Source of the DNA: Chloropicon primus
Taxonomy: Eukaryota
DNA: 64,000 nt
Reading direction: 5' to 3'
Assembly (NCBI GenBank): GCA_023205875.1
Contig: CP060768.1
Coordinates: 248,001-312,000, forward strand
Position 1 is the stretch's first letter. The number at the start of each line of letters is the position of its first letter. A model generated the notes under the pieces. That model saw only the letters and a list, made by a program, of their open reading frames with translations, did no database searches and was not told the origin of the DNA. The position numbers were made by a program, and so were the translations under genes. Below are positions 45,939 through 57,201 of this stretch, piece by piece.

Positions 45939-47027
45939 ATGACCGTCGCGTTGGGCGAGGGCAAAGACGTTCAAGCGGCAGGAAAGCTCGAGGAAGGGAT
46001 GGAGGCGGGCGTGCCTTATCGAGAGATAGAGGCATGGCTCAAGCGTGGACGCAGCCGAGGAGGGAGCTGCCTCCCTCCCCAGCAGCAGGAGGAGGGTCTC
46101 ACCCGGAAGCTGGAAACCTTCGTGAAGGAGAACGCGGAGCCGAGCACGAGTTCGAACTACAAGAGCGAGGAGGAGGATGACCTTGGCCCTCTGATGGAGC
46201 TGGTCGGCAGCGTGATTGACGACCATGACCTGATGTCGAGTGCTTTGACTTGCTTGAAAATCCTGTCGAGGAAGCAGAGGAACAGGAGGGCCATCGTCTT
46301 GACAGGGTTCAAGCACCTTGCGTCCTGTGCGGACTTTGTGAGGAACGTGCCGACTCTAGCGGCGGAGTGCGCGAACGTGCTCCTGAACTTCTGCTACGAA
46401 AGACAGAACGTGGGACTCTTCCTTTCTTGCGGCGGCGTGAAGGTGCTGGAGACCTACCTGGAGAGCGAGGACAGGGGAGTCCAAGCGAACGCAGCTGGCG
46501 CACTGCAGAGCGTGTCGTACCACGAGGAGGGAAGGAAGGAGCTCCTCGCGTCCGAGGGCCTGCTTCCAAGAATCGTGAATCTCTTGGCTTCACAAGAGCC
46601 AAAGGTAAGGGCAAGGGCTGTTGGGGCGCTTCACAACCTGAGCTCGGAGCCAGGAACGATTCGCATCATACGGAACGAGAGCGGGATCGAGCAGCTGGTG
46701 GAGCTCCTGAGGGACGAAAACGGAGCGGTTGCCGGATCGGCTGCGGGGGCGTTGCAGAACGTCTCCCGGGAAGTCGCCAGCAGGAACATCATCAGGGAAT
46801 CCGCTGCAGTGGAGCACCTCGCCGACTTGCTTTGCTCCCAGCACGTGCAGTGCCAAGTCTGTGCCGCAGGCGCTTTGATGAACATACTTGGGCCTGAGAT
46901 CTCGAGCCATACTCACAGCAAGCCGAGGAGGGCCTTCAGCAAACTCATCTCCCAGTGCTTGACCCTCGGGATCATCTACAATTCGATCCTTGACCCCGAT
47001 AGCACCGTGGGTCGCGAAGTCGTCTGA
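45939..47027 (+). CDS. Armadillo-repeat protein
   Basis: Repeats VQANAAGALQSVS, VRARAVGALHNLS, VAGSAAGALQNVS, CQVCAAGALMNIL. Confidence 0.85.
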   Translation: MTVALGEGKDVQAAGKLEEGMEAGVPYREIEAWLKRGRSRGGSCLPPQQQEEGLTRKLETFVKENAEPSTSSNYKSEEEDDLGPLMELVGSVIDDHDLMSSALTCLKILSRKQRNRRAIVLTGFKHLASCADFVRNVPTLAAECANVLLNFCYERQNVGLFLSCGGVKVLETYLESEDRGVQANAAGALQSVSYHEEGRKELLASEGLLPRIVNLLASQEPKVRARAVGALHNLSSEPGTIRIIRNESGIEQLVELLRDENGAVAGSAAGALQNVSREVASRNIIRESAAVEHLADLLCSQHVQCQVCAAGALMNILGPEISSHTHSKPRRAFSKLISQCLTLGIIYNSILDPDSTVGREVV

Positions 47028-47115
47028 GCTTTTTCCTAGTATGAATTGTATGGGAATGATTGTAAAATAAGCCTATTTAGCTGTTACCGCCAAGACAGGG
47101 GCGAGAGCCAACACA

Positions 47116-49290
47116 TCAGTGCCCTCCCTCGCTTGTGCCCCAGATTCGTATGGAATGGTCATCGCTGGCGCTGGCAAAGGTGTACGGGTCAGCGGGATTC
47201 CAGGTGACGGCGTTTACTGTACCAGAGTGGCCGGAGAGCACCTTGAGCAGCTCCCCCTTCTGCTGGTGCCAAATGTAAACCTGCGAGTCCTCGCTCCCGG
47301 AGACCACAAACGTCTCGTTGCTACCTCCAAAACAAGAACGAATGACGTATCTGCCCTGCTTCTCGTGCTGCCCCCTGTACCGCCTGACCGGCTCCGTAGG
47401 AAGGGCGTCGGGGGTGCCGCAGCACTCAAAGAACTCGTTCAGGTCCCACAAATGTATCTTCTGGTTCTGCAAATTCACGAGGAGGAGGTCGCTGTGCTTG
47501 GAGAGGCAAAGGGAAATGATGCTCTCCTGCTCCTGAACGATGGTCTCCGTGTCCATCACTAAATTGAAGAGGTGGAACTTTTTCTCGTTGCTGGTGCTCA
47601 CCATCCACTTGCCGTTTCTCGAGATCGCCAAGTCGTTGATCCTGGATCCCTTCCAGTGCCTGATGCACCTGCCGTCAAGGTGCCACATGTAAATGTGCTT
47701 GTCGATGCTTCCGGAGACAAACCTCTTGCTATCCGGCAGCCAGGCGCACGAAGTGACGCTGTCGGTGTGCTTCTCGTACCTCTCAAAGACCCTGCCGGTC
47801 TCCACGTCCCAGGCGTTCAAGACGTGGTCGTTCCCGCAAGTCAGGAGGTACTTGTCGTTAGGACTCCAGCACACAAAGGCGATCGGCTTCTTGTGGCCGA
47901 GGAGTTCGTGCTTAAGCTTGAACTTCTTCTTTGCGGCACTACTGCTGCCCCCGCCGTTGAGATCGGAGGCCTCGGATGGCGCGTAGTCCCAGATGATGCA
48001 GGTGCCGTCCGCACTGGCAGACGCAAGCATCTGCCCGCTGCTGCTGAACTGTATGTGCCACACTTCATCGCTGTGGCCGTCGAGGACTTGACAAGTCACG
48101 CTGGGGATCTGCTCAGGTCCACAAGAATAGTCGCTCAGCAGGCTGAACGTGGTGTCAGTCTTGTTATAGTACATGCATTGACTGATTTGGTTGGCAACAG
48201 CTTGGCCAAGCAGTGACTCCAGCCTGTTCTCGGGGAGCATCACGCTCGAGGGGATGACCTCCTGCAGCTTCCTCAGAAGCTGCTGCCTGGACACCTGGGG
48301 GTTCGCCCCTCCGGACGCCGAGGTACCGTTGTTGTTGCTGCTGCCCCCCGCCCTTCCGAGGCTCCCGTTGTTCACGACCACCGCGGCCCCCTCCGAGACG
48401 TGGCCAAGGCCATCGTCCTTGCCGGAGCTCTGGCCCCAGGAGGACAAGGAAGAGGAGGGCTTCTCGCCCCAAGCTTTGCTCTCCATGAGGTCCATCCAGG
48501 ACCTGCACCTCATCAGGGAAGCGAGCTCGTGAAGCCTCGGCATGTTGATCCCCAGAGGAGTGATTTCCTCCCTCAAGCATTGCAGTGCCTGCTGCACGTC
48601 CCCGGAGCTCAAGCACTCGAGGTACTTTTGCTCCAGTATCAAAAACTTGGCCTTCTGGACCCTCTCCTCCAACCCGACCTGCGGGGACGCACCCCCCTCC
48701 GCCACGTCGCTCGAATCCAGACCGAACAAGTGCATCTTTTCCGTGTCTATCAAGCGTATCACCATCTCCCACTCGCCCGACAGGCAGCCCTCTTGGAGCC
48801 TTCGCACCCGGTCACTGTGCAGGTCGACCCCACTCGAGTTCTCCAGGTGCTTCGCCACGTCAGGGTAACCCAGAGAATACAGGGCCTGCTCCATCACGCG
48901 CACGAGCTCGGTGCACTTGTAACGGCAGCCTGACAGGGGCATCCCCAGTGCCACGTCCAGCGTCCTGGTCGCATCAGGGTGCAAGTGCCTGACCTCCTGC
49001 GAGTCGTCGTTGTCGTGGTGGACGCCGTGGTGGTCCCTCCCGTTTCCGTTTCCGTTCCTCCCGTCCGCGGACGGCGACGTCACAACAGGAGTTGGTGGGT
49101 TGTTCTCCTGTCCCATCTTCCTCCTCTTCCCCTCGGCCTCCCTCGTCTCCTTGCCGCCAACGCCGTGACCCCTCTTTACCACGTTCAACCTCGCTCTCCC
49201 TCCCGTCGTCGTCGTCGTCGTCGTCTTCAGCGACGGTCCTCCGTCTCTCTTTGCCTTCTTTTCAACTTGTCCGTCACCGAGGGACGACAT
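47116..49290 (-). CDS. WDR26: WDR26/GID7-like LisH-CTLH-WD40 protein
   Basis: LisH ELVRVMEQALYSLGY, CTLH KFLILEQKYLE, MLPENRLESLL.QA, HSDEVWHIQFS, YVIRSCFGG..ETFVVSGSEDSQVYIWH. Confidence 0.92.
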   Translation of the reverse strand: MSSLGDGQVEKKAKRDGGPSLKTTTTTTTGGRARLNVVKRGHGVGGKETREAEGKRRKMGQENNPPTPVVTSPSADGRNGNGNGRDHHGVHHDNDDSQEVRHLHPDATRTLDVALGMPLSGCRYKCTELVRVMEQALYSLGYPDVAKHLENSSGVDLHSDRVRRLQEGCLSGEWEMVIRLIDTEKMHLFGLDSSDVAEGGASPQVGLEERVQKAKFLILEQKYLECLSSGDVQQALQCLREEITPLGINMPRLHELASLMRCRSWMDLMESKAWGEKPSSSLSSWGQSSGKDDGLGHVSEGAAVVVNNGSLGRAGGSSNNNGTSASGGANPQVSRQQLLRKLQEVIPSSVMLPENRLESLLGQAVANQISQCMYYNKTDTTFSLLSDYSCGPEQIPSVTCQVLDGHSDEVWHIQFSSSGQMLASASADGTCIIWDYAPSEASDLNGGGSSSAAKKKFKLKHELLGHKKPIAFVCWSPNDKYLLTCGNDHVLNAWDVETGRVFERYEKHTDSVTSCAWLPDSKRFVSGSIDKHIYMWHLDGRCIRHWKGSRINDLAISRNGKWMVSTSNEKKFHLFNLVMDTETIVQEQESIISLCLSKHSDLLLVNLQNQKIHLWDLNEFFECCGTPDALPTEPVRRYRGQHEKQGRYVIRSCFGGSNETFVVSGSEDSQVYIWHQQKGELLKVLSGHSGTVNAVTWNPADPYTFASASDDHSIRIWGTSEGGH

Positions 49291-50286
49291 TACCTCGAAG
49301 CACCTTTCATAAAAGTAGACGCTGCATCCCTCAACACGCCGACGGGATGCCTCTCTCCTCCATGCACACACACACACACACACACAAAGAAACTGCGAGA
49401 GGTACGACGAGAGGTGAGTCGTGTTGGGTCAGGCGGACGCCATTTCTTTCGCAGAAGGGGTCGAAAGAAAGAGAAAGAGACAAGTAATCGATCTGTCAAG
49501 GTTTCCTGTCCTCTAGAAACCTCTTGAGCGCTCGAAACCGCGACGAAAACGCACTTACCCTTCCCCCCCCCTCGACCTCGCTCGTGCGCGCTTCTGGAAG
49601 TTTTTTTTGATCGATGTTGATCGCAGCGCGTTCCAGTTCGATGAACTTCTTACATAGTATTTTATTCTAATGTAATAACGTTTTACACTCTTTAAGTATT
49701 GTTTGACACCTCTATAGAGATATGTACACCTAAACTGGATCTATTTCATTGGAATATCTACACCAGACAAAGTAACGTTTCTGAACGATTGTATGATTGA
49801 CGTTAGAAGGTGCGTGGATCCCATGGACAAGATACATCGAGGGGGGAGCCCAAGCCTAGAGCCTAGAGGAGGAAGAACCTTGGAAAGAGAAGGAAGGGAG
49901 GGGAGGGGGTCACCAGGAGGGCGGTGTTTTTGGATTCTTCGTTCGATTTTCTTTCGAAAGGTACCCAACTCGACCCCATTTGGTCCTCCGAGGGATCGGA
50001 GAGGGATACAACTTTGCCAAGGTCAAGGTGCTGAGAAGAAGGGGTCCTTGCCTTGGGGGGCTGAGGATCATCCAGGAGACGGAGGCGGAGTTTATTCCGG
50101 GGTTTTCCTTGGTTGTTGCACTCCGAACGAGCGAGGGACGACGTGCCTTGCCGCGTGTGAGGAAAGATACGGCGAGGGCCTTTGATATAATACTCGCGCG
50201 CGCACGTGTGTGTGTGTGTGTGTGTGCGTTTAGACTTGCCCACCAGGGGAGCAGGAAGTTTGTTCGCGTGGCCTTCCCCCTTGACC

Positions 50287-50726
50287 ATGTTCGAGGAGAG
50301 CAAGCAGGCCCTGCTGAATGGTGTGAACACCATGAGCAATAGCATGGCGCAGCTCAAGTCGCCGAAGATTAGTAGACACGCCCCGCCCTTTGTCCACGCT
50401 GTGGTGAACCACTCGAGGAAAAGGAAAGAGGGGGGCACGCCGAAGAACGTGCACTGGATCGTCCTGGTAAGTTCCTCCTTTTTCATTTTCACCGATAGGG
50501 TGTGACCACGCCTTCGACGCCTTTCCCTCTCGCCTCGCTCGCTTCTTGGTGCCCCTCTCGCTTTTGCACTTTGGGGCGAAGGCTCTGAGCAAGGTTTCGA
50601 GCCCCCCGGACGGCGACTGACGAGCAGCTCCTTCTTTCTCAGACCGTTCTGGCGATCTTCGCCCTGTTCGTGTTCATGTTCCCAAGCAACAAATACAGCT
50701 TCACAAAGTTGCACAAGAACTCGTGA
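50287..50726 (+). CDS. 87-aa single-transmembrane microprotein; exons 50287-50466, 50643-50726
   Basis: accATG start, donor CTG|GTAAGT, branch-like ctgac near 50617, polypyrimidine tract and CAG acceptor. Spliced peptide ...NVHWIVL|TVLAIFALFVFMFPSNKYSFTKLHKNS*. Confidence 0.68.
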
Positions 50727-51435
50727 CCAATCACCGACCAACCACTGGTCGACGCGAGGCGCAAAGACTGCCACGAAGGCCTCGATCAATCTTTGCAGCT
50801 GCATTGCTACAATAACGGGTTATTTATGAATCGCTCTATCGGGTGTAACACTACTTGCTATTACTTTATTTTTGGAAACAGGAAGGTCTCGTAATGCCGC
50901 CAGCACCCTCCATCACCTTCCTCCTCCTGGCCACCATCATCTCGTTCCTTGTTCGTCTCCTTCTTATCCTCTTCGCTACAGTCGGTGGGAAAGTTTCGTC
51001 ATCGTCATCGTCATCGTCATCGTACAGCAGAGAAGGACATCGACATCGGTCGTATAATGTCGTGGGAAAGACTCCTCGTACCTTTCCCTTGACCCATTGC
51101 CTCCATCCATTGCCTCACCTCCATCCTCCATCACCCTCGATGGCGCGCCATTTCGTAAAAGTTTTGAAGTTTTCCTCCTCAATCGTATAGTAAGGCAGCT
51201 CGAAGGTGAGGCGTGAGTTAGAGGCCAAGGCAAGGACTACTCCTGAGAGAGAGAGAGAGAGAGAGAGAGGACCATTGGGTTCCCGTTCCCTCTGCAGGTG
51301 CTTTCTTAGATACCTCCACCTCCCCTAACGCCGAAGCCTTGTGCGTCCCGCTTGGCCAACAGAAACCACAACTTGTCCAACCAGAGAGGGGAGAGGTTGT
51401 GGTGTGGTGTGGCGTGGAGTGACAGGAGGGGCAAG

Positions 51436-51957
51436 ATGTCCGAAGGAAGCGTGCAAGATGAGTCCATCAAGCAGGTGGAGGACGACATGCGCATGCTGGA
51501 GGAGCTCTTGCAGAAGAATCGTTTCCACGCGAGGTTTCAAGGCAGGAGGGGGCAAGCCAAGGAGGAGGAGACCGAGTACCAAGAAGGTCAACAGGACGAG
51601 GAGCTCGACGGAGGGTACGGCCTGCTTCAGAGAGACAAGTCTTACGGGGAGCTGCTGAGGATACTGAACGACGAGGGGGGTGGCGACCAAGGCAGGAGGC
51701 GTACTTCACGGGAAGGTAGCTCGAAGCGAGGAAGCGAGGAGTACGAAGCAGAAGGCAGTCCGGGTCCGGTGGAAGTGACAGACCTCCTTTACGATGGAGC
51801 AGGGACGGCTGGGCGGGGAAGTGTCATCTCCTCGTTCCTCTCCGACGACGAGAACGAGGGGGAGCTCACCCTGAGAGACTTGGCCCTGCAAGGAGGCCGC
51901 TCCGAGGAGCAAGGGAGGCACGAGATACCGACGGGCTCCGCGCCCTTGGCGGTGGAA

Positions 51958-51988
<31 letters not shown>

Positions 51989-54015
51989 GAAGCAAGGCCA
52001 AGGCCAGCAAGAAGGCCAAGGCCAAGGCCAAGGCCAAGTCTTCGACTTTGAAGAAGAGGCCAGAGGACCTTATCCCAACGACGCTGAAGCGCGTGCCTCG
52101 GAACAGGCACTCTATGGCCAACGTCATGGAACAGGTGAGCGCCGCTGAGATAGAGGAGCTCACGTTTCGGCCGAGGCTGGCGTGGGGCACCGGCACAAAA
52201 GCTTCGGGCTCCCGGCCGGGAACGGGCGTCAAGGCTTCCAAGCGGGGCGAGAGGATAGAAACGCTGTCGAGGCCGATGACGGACAAGTGGACCCAAAGGG
52301 AGCTCGAGAAACTCAGGGAGGAGATGGCCGAGGCTTCCAAGTATCCTTTCCAGCCGAGCATTGGCGACAGGTCGAGCGAGCTCGCGGCCGCCAAGACGAG
52401 GCGGAAGAAGGATCGGAGGGTTCAAGAGGAGGGCTTTTCGGAGGAGGGGGAGGCCGAGGCCGACGGCGAGGACTCGGCAGTCCACGAGCCGATTGAGGTC
52501 AGGCTGATGAAGAGCAACGAGCAGAGGGAGGCCCAGCTGAGGCAAGCGAAGCTCGAGAGGGAGTACGCCGAGCTCATGCACTGCACCTTCAAGCCAAACA
52601 TCGCCAAGCAGGCTGTTGGGCCCAAGAAGGACTACCTCGGCAAGGACTACAAGCCCATCCACCAGAGGCTCCACAAGGTTCTCCAGGACAAGTCCCTCCG
52701 CTTGGCCTCGGCGAGGATGAGCAAGGAGCTGGAGGACCCTGACCTGACCTTTGCCCCAAAGATCAACCCCAAGTCGGCCAAGCTGGCCCACATGAAGGCG
52801 GTGAGGGAGGAGCTTTCGACCATCGACAGGCTCGCGTCTGGGATGGTGACCACGGAGAGAAAGGACGCGGGCCAGGGTCTCGGTGGCGGTGACAGGAAGG
52901 GCAGGGCGAAGAACGAGGGGGGTGCTAAGGTGCCTGCGGGCCCGGCCTGGTGCTCGAGCCCCGCGACCTCCGCGCCGAGGACGACCCCGCCATCCTCGGG
53001 ATCGCCGGTGAGCCTCGTCGACGTCTCCAAGGTCGTCCCTCGGGAGTACCTGGACTGCACCTTCAGCCCCCAGATCAACCCCAAGTCCAAGGAGATCCTG
53101 AGCAAGTCCGAGGTTTGGAACCCGGACTTTCACAAGAGGCAGGAGCACTTTGTGGAGCACAGGCAGCGGTTCCTGAGCGAGGGCAAGAGGACCGAGGACA
53201 CGGACTGCACCTTCAGACCCAACATCGGGAACGCGAGGGAGTTCCTGAGGCAGCAGGCCAACAAGCACCTCAAGGAGAGCAAGATCGAGACGGTGACCCG
53301 GCTCAGCAGCCGGGACCTGGAGGAGAAGCGCATCAGGGAGACGTCCATCAGGGAGTCGTACTACTCGCAGTTCAACTTCGAGCCCAAGCTGACGGAGAGG
53401 TCCCGGGAGCTGGCGTCCGCGACGGACTTGGACGAGCTCGTGTACAACGAGAGGGGGCACAAGATCCGCAGGAGCATCGCCAGGCAGGTGGAGGAGGAGT
53501 TCAACTCCAAGTTCACGTTCCGGCCGGACACCACAAGGGGGAAGAGGTCGACGACCAAGGAGAACGTGGTCCCGACGGCGAGCCTGCAGATCGCGGGGGA
53601 CAAGGACACGGTGATCCACCGGATCGAGGCGTACAGGCAGGAGAAGGAGCTCAGGATCAGGGAGTTCCGCCAGGAGAGGGAGGAGGAGAGGATGCAGGAG
53701 TGCACGTTCGCCCCGAGGACGAACTCGGGGGGCGCGGCCAAGGCCAAGCTGAACAAGCCCGTCGTCGTCCACGGCCTGACGAGGTTCCTCAGGAACAGGG
53801 AGCTCGCGCGAGCCAAGGAGACGGAGAGGAGGCAGAGGGAGCTGGAGGTCTTCGCCACGGGCAAGGGGAAGCCCAAGTCCTGCTACACGGTGGCGGAGCC
53901 CTTCCGGCTGAGCAAGAGCAGGACCGCCAAGACCAAGATGGACAGGCTGCGGAGGGAGCTGGAGGACGAGTTCGAGAGGGAGTGCACCTTCAAGCCCAGG
54001 CTGAACAGGTTTTAG
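51436..54015 (+). CDS. Charged coiled-coil protein with about 10 dispersed CTFxP-like repeats
   Basis: Long ORF with strong GC3 bias; motifs LTFRP, YPFQP, CTFKP, LTFAP, CTFSP, CTFRP, FNFEP, FTFRP, CTFAP, CTFKP. Confidence 0.85.
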
Positions 54016-55394
54016 AGGAGCGGGACGACTCTGGATTGTTGTTGTCAGAGGTCTTGAGGGGTGGAAATGAATTACACATGAAATCGGGAAAATTCGACAA
54101 CAACTCGTGCGACCGCGGCGATTGTTCACTCGATCAACGATCGTCGCGCGTCTTTTAGCAATGCAATTGTACAGTCAGTTAATACAATGAAACGTGCAAC
54201 CAACAACGCTGGTTGATTGATCACGGAAAAGCGCTTTGCTTCCTTTTTCCTTTCCTTCATCAATCAAGATTCATTCCTTTCATCGCCTTGGCAATACCAA
54301 TACACACACAGGAGGAGAGGCAGAGGAACTTCACTTCAAAGCAAGGCGTGTTTCGTCGTCGTCCCCGAAAAAGAGAGAGAGAGAGAGAGGAGGTTGATGC
54401 GGGTTGGTCTCAAAGGCGAGGTTGGAGTCCACCCCCCAAGAGCTTCGGCCGGGGCCGTTTCGCCCTCTCTCAAGATCCGATCTTTCGACGAGAGGTCGTT
54501 ACACCGGGAGTATTTTTATCATATCAAGTGTAACGTGTTGTAGAAGATTCCACAAAAGGGAACGTCACTCACGGAAACCCCCCCCGGGGCCATGAAATAT
54601 GGATAAGATGGATGAGATCTCTTTTTTAGGAAAATCCACCTGGTTTAACTTGGAGAAACTACTCGTGGTCGTCTCTGCGGTCGAAATCGAATTTCGCTTG
54701 TCCGTTTTTTTCGTTTTTTGGACCTCGAAAAGAGCAGAAAAATGCACTTTAACACAAAAAGCACTTTTTTTTTTTTTTTCACTTTTTGGGGGGCTCGAAA
54801 CCCGATAGGGAGTTCCAAGACGGGATCTCTACACGCACGTTCCTCACGCGCGGAGCATGCGTGGAAGGCGAGCGCGCTCCTCTCTGCCACAGAAAAAAAA
54901 AAAAACAGCTTGAGGCTTTTGGTGGGCTCTCTCTCTCTCCTTAACCCCACAACAGGAGGGACATTACGCGAACCTCTTTTTGTGAGGTCTGGTTGCGACC
55001 GAGGACGCTCTACCTTTGCATCCGTGGCTTTCGAACGAGACGCGCGACTTTGCGAGAGGTGAAGATCTCGACCTCCCCTCCACCCACCCCCCGAGAAATT
55101 AACGGAGGTGGTTGGCTCCTGGTTTGGAGTGGACTCCATTGGAGGGAGGAGAGCCTCTGTCTGTTCTTCTGGCTCTTTCTTTGTTGCTGTTCTCGGAGAG
55201 AAGACCTATGTTGCCTCTCATGCTTTAGCACACACACAGAGAGAGAGAGAGAGAGAAAGTTTTCCCAACTTTTTTTTTTGTGTGTGTGACTGGCTGACTC
55301 TTGTTGTCTCCAGAGTCAGTCAGTCAGTCAGTCCGGTCAGAAGAGCAACGCACACGCACAAACACGCACGCGCACACACGAGTGGTAGGGCGCC

Positions 55395-56972
55395 ATGCAG
55401 CAGCAGGTTCATCGTCCCGGAGCGGCTGCAGGCCAGGCGGCTCACAACAACAACAACAACAACAGCAGCAGCAGCGAGGCCAAGGCGGAGAAGAAGGGGG
55501 AGACCAACCCCGCCACCACCCAACCACCCCAGCAGCAGCAGCAGCAGCAACCGAAGACGCGCAAGCCGTACGTGATCACCAAGCAGAGGGAGCGGTGGAC
55601 CCCGGAGGAGCACAAGCGGTTCTTGGAAGCCTTGCAGATCTTCGGCAGGCAGTGGCGGAAGATCGAGGAGTACATCGGGACGAAGACGGCGGTCCAGATT
55701 CGGTCGCACGCCCAAAAGTTCTTCACCAAGATCGAGAGGGAGAACAAGCTCTCGGACGGCAAGGGGAGCGGGATCGGGCAGATTTACATCCCGCCGCCCC
55801 GGCCCAAGAGGAAGCCGAGCCACCCGTACCCGAAGAAGGCCAAGGTGCCGAGCTGCGGCCAAGGCGGCAAGGACACGTCGTCCAACAAGAAAGCCAAGAC
55901 GACAGCGACGGCGACGGCGAGGGCGGAGACCGGCGAGGCCAACAAGGCGACGGCCACAACCAACAACCAAGAAGTCCTCGGGGACTCGACCGGCAAGGGG
56001 GCGACGACGACGACGACGACGGCAGCGTCGGCGCCCGCACTGAAGAGGCAGAACTCGTGCCTGTCGCTCCAGGCGGCCGCAGCGGCCAGCGCACCCCCCA
56101 CCGGCCTGCCCCCGACGGCCTCCCTCGTGGGGCCACTGCCCGTGAAGATGCTGGACAACCTGCCGTACCTCACGTGGCTCAGCTCCTTGTCCGGGGTGAA
56201 CAAGGTGCCGCAGCTGGGCGTGTCCCAGGGGAACGTGGTGATGCCAACGCCGCACAAGATCCTTCCCGGGGTGGTGCCCCTGACCGGCGCCGGCTTCAAG
56301 ACGGGCGAGCTCGTGCACATGCACAAGCTCCTGGTGAACGCGGCGGAGCAGTCCTCCTCGAGGGAGGAGAAGGAACAGGCCCTCGCGGCGGCGAGGATCA
56401 TCGAGGAGCAGATTCGGGAGGCGAACGACCTGGGCGCAGGCGTTCAGGACAACAACAACGGCCGTGGCGGGAAGATGGTCGCCTCGCCCTCGTCCCTGAG
56501 CCTGGCGCACAACCAGTCGGCGTTCGTGAGCACGCAGCAGGCGGCCGAGGGGCAGCACCAGCAGGTGCAGGCGAACGTGAAGGCCAAGCCCCGGGACCTG
56601 TCGGGCGGGTCGGACAAGTCGGGAGAGTCTCAGAGCCGGACATCGCCAATGGTGGCGGGGGGGAGCAACTCGTCCGGGTCCCAGGGGAGCGACGGGTCGG
56701 GGTCCGCGGACAACTTGCGGAAGATGGCTCCAAAGTCTCCATCGCCTCAGGAGGGGCCGATGAAGAAGGGGATCTCTCCGCCACTCACGAGCGAGCGGAA
56801 CGGCAACTCAAACGGATCGAGCGGCAACGACAGCAACGAGCAGCAGCAGAACAACGGGACTTCGAACAACCAGGCGCAGTCCCAGCTGCTTCCGGCGCAG
56901 GATCAGCCGCAGCAGCTCCAGAACAACTCCCCGCCGACGACAAAGTCTGGCTTCAAGCCATACAAAAAGTAA
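55395..56972 (+). CDS. CCA1: CCA1/LHY-like single-MYB circadian transcription factor
   Basis: [70 protein letters not shown], and C-terminal GFKPYK typical of the CCA1/LHY clade. Confidence 0.92.
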   Translation: MQQQVHRPGAAAGQAAHNNNNNNSSSSEAKAEKKGETNPATTQPPQQQQQQQPKTRKPYVITKQRERWTPEEHKRFLEALQIFGRQWRKIEEYIGTKTAVQIRSHAQKFFTKIERENKLSDGKGSGIGQIYIPPPRPKRKPSHPYPKKAKVPSCGQGGKDTSSNKKAKTTATATARAETGEANKATATTNNQEVLGDSTGKGATTTTTTAASAPALKRQNSCLSLQAAAAASAPPTGLPPTASLVGPLPVKMLDNLPYLTWLSSLSGVNKVPQLGVSQGNVVMPTPHKILPGVVPLTGAGFKTGELVHMHKLLVNAAEQSSSREEKEQALAAARIIEEQIREANDLGAGVQDNNNGRGGKMVASPSSLSLAHNQSAFVSTQQAAEGQHQQVQANVKAKPRDLSGGSDKSGESQSRTSPMVAGGSNSSGSQGSDGSGSADNLRKMAPKSPSPQEGPMKKGISPPLTSERNGNSNGSSGNDSNEQQQNNGTSNNQAQSQLLPAQDQPQQLQNNSPPTTKSGFKPYKK

Positions 56973-57201
56973 GGGTTCGTATACGATGATGGTTGTGTGG
57001 TGGAATAGAAGATATAGTAAGATATGGTAAGATAAAGGCCCGCGCGCTCTGGCGCATCACACACGAACAGCAAGCTTAATAAATAATACATGATCACTCT
57101 AAGGAGCTGCCTGAGAGACCGATTCTCCTGCTACCCACGTCAAGCGTTACTTCTTTTTTTTGGCGACAATCGTAACGTCTTCTCACTCCTGCAATCAAGA
57201 G

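Noticed and set aside
51706..54129. 807-aa antisense ORF, and similar ones at 19490-21646, 15131-16600, 27923-29419 and 9794-11044
   Set aside because: Shadows of real genes with high GC3 on the opposite strand. They have L/V/P/R-rich composition and no motifs.
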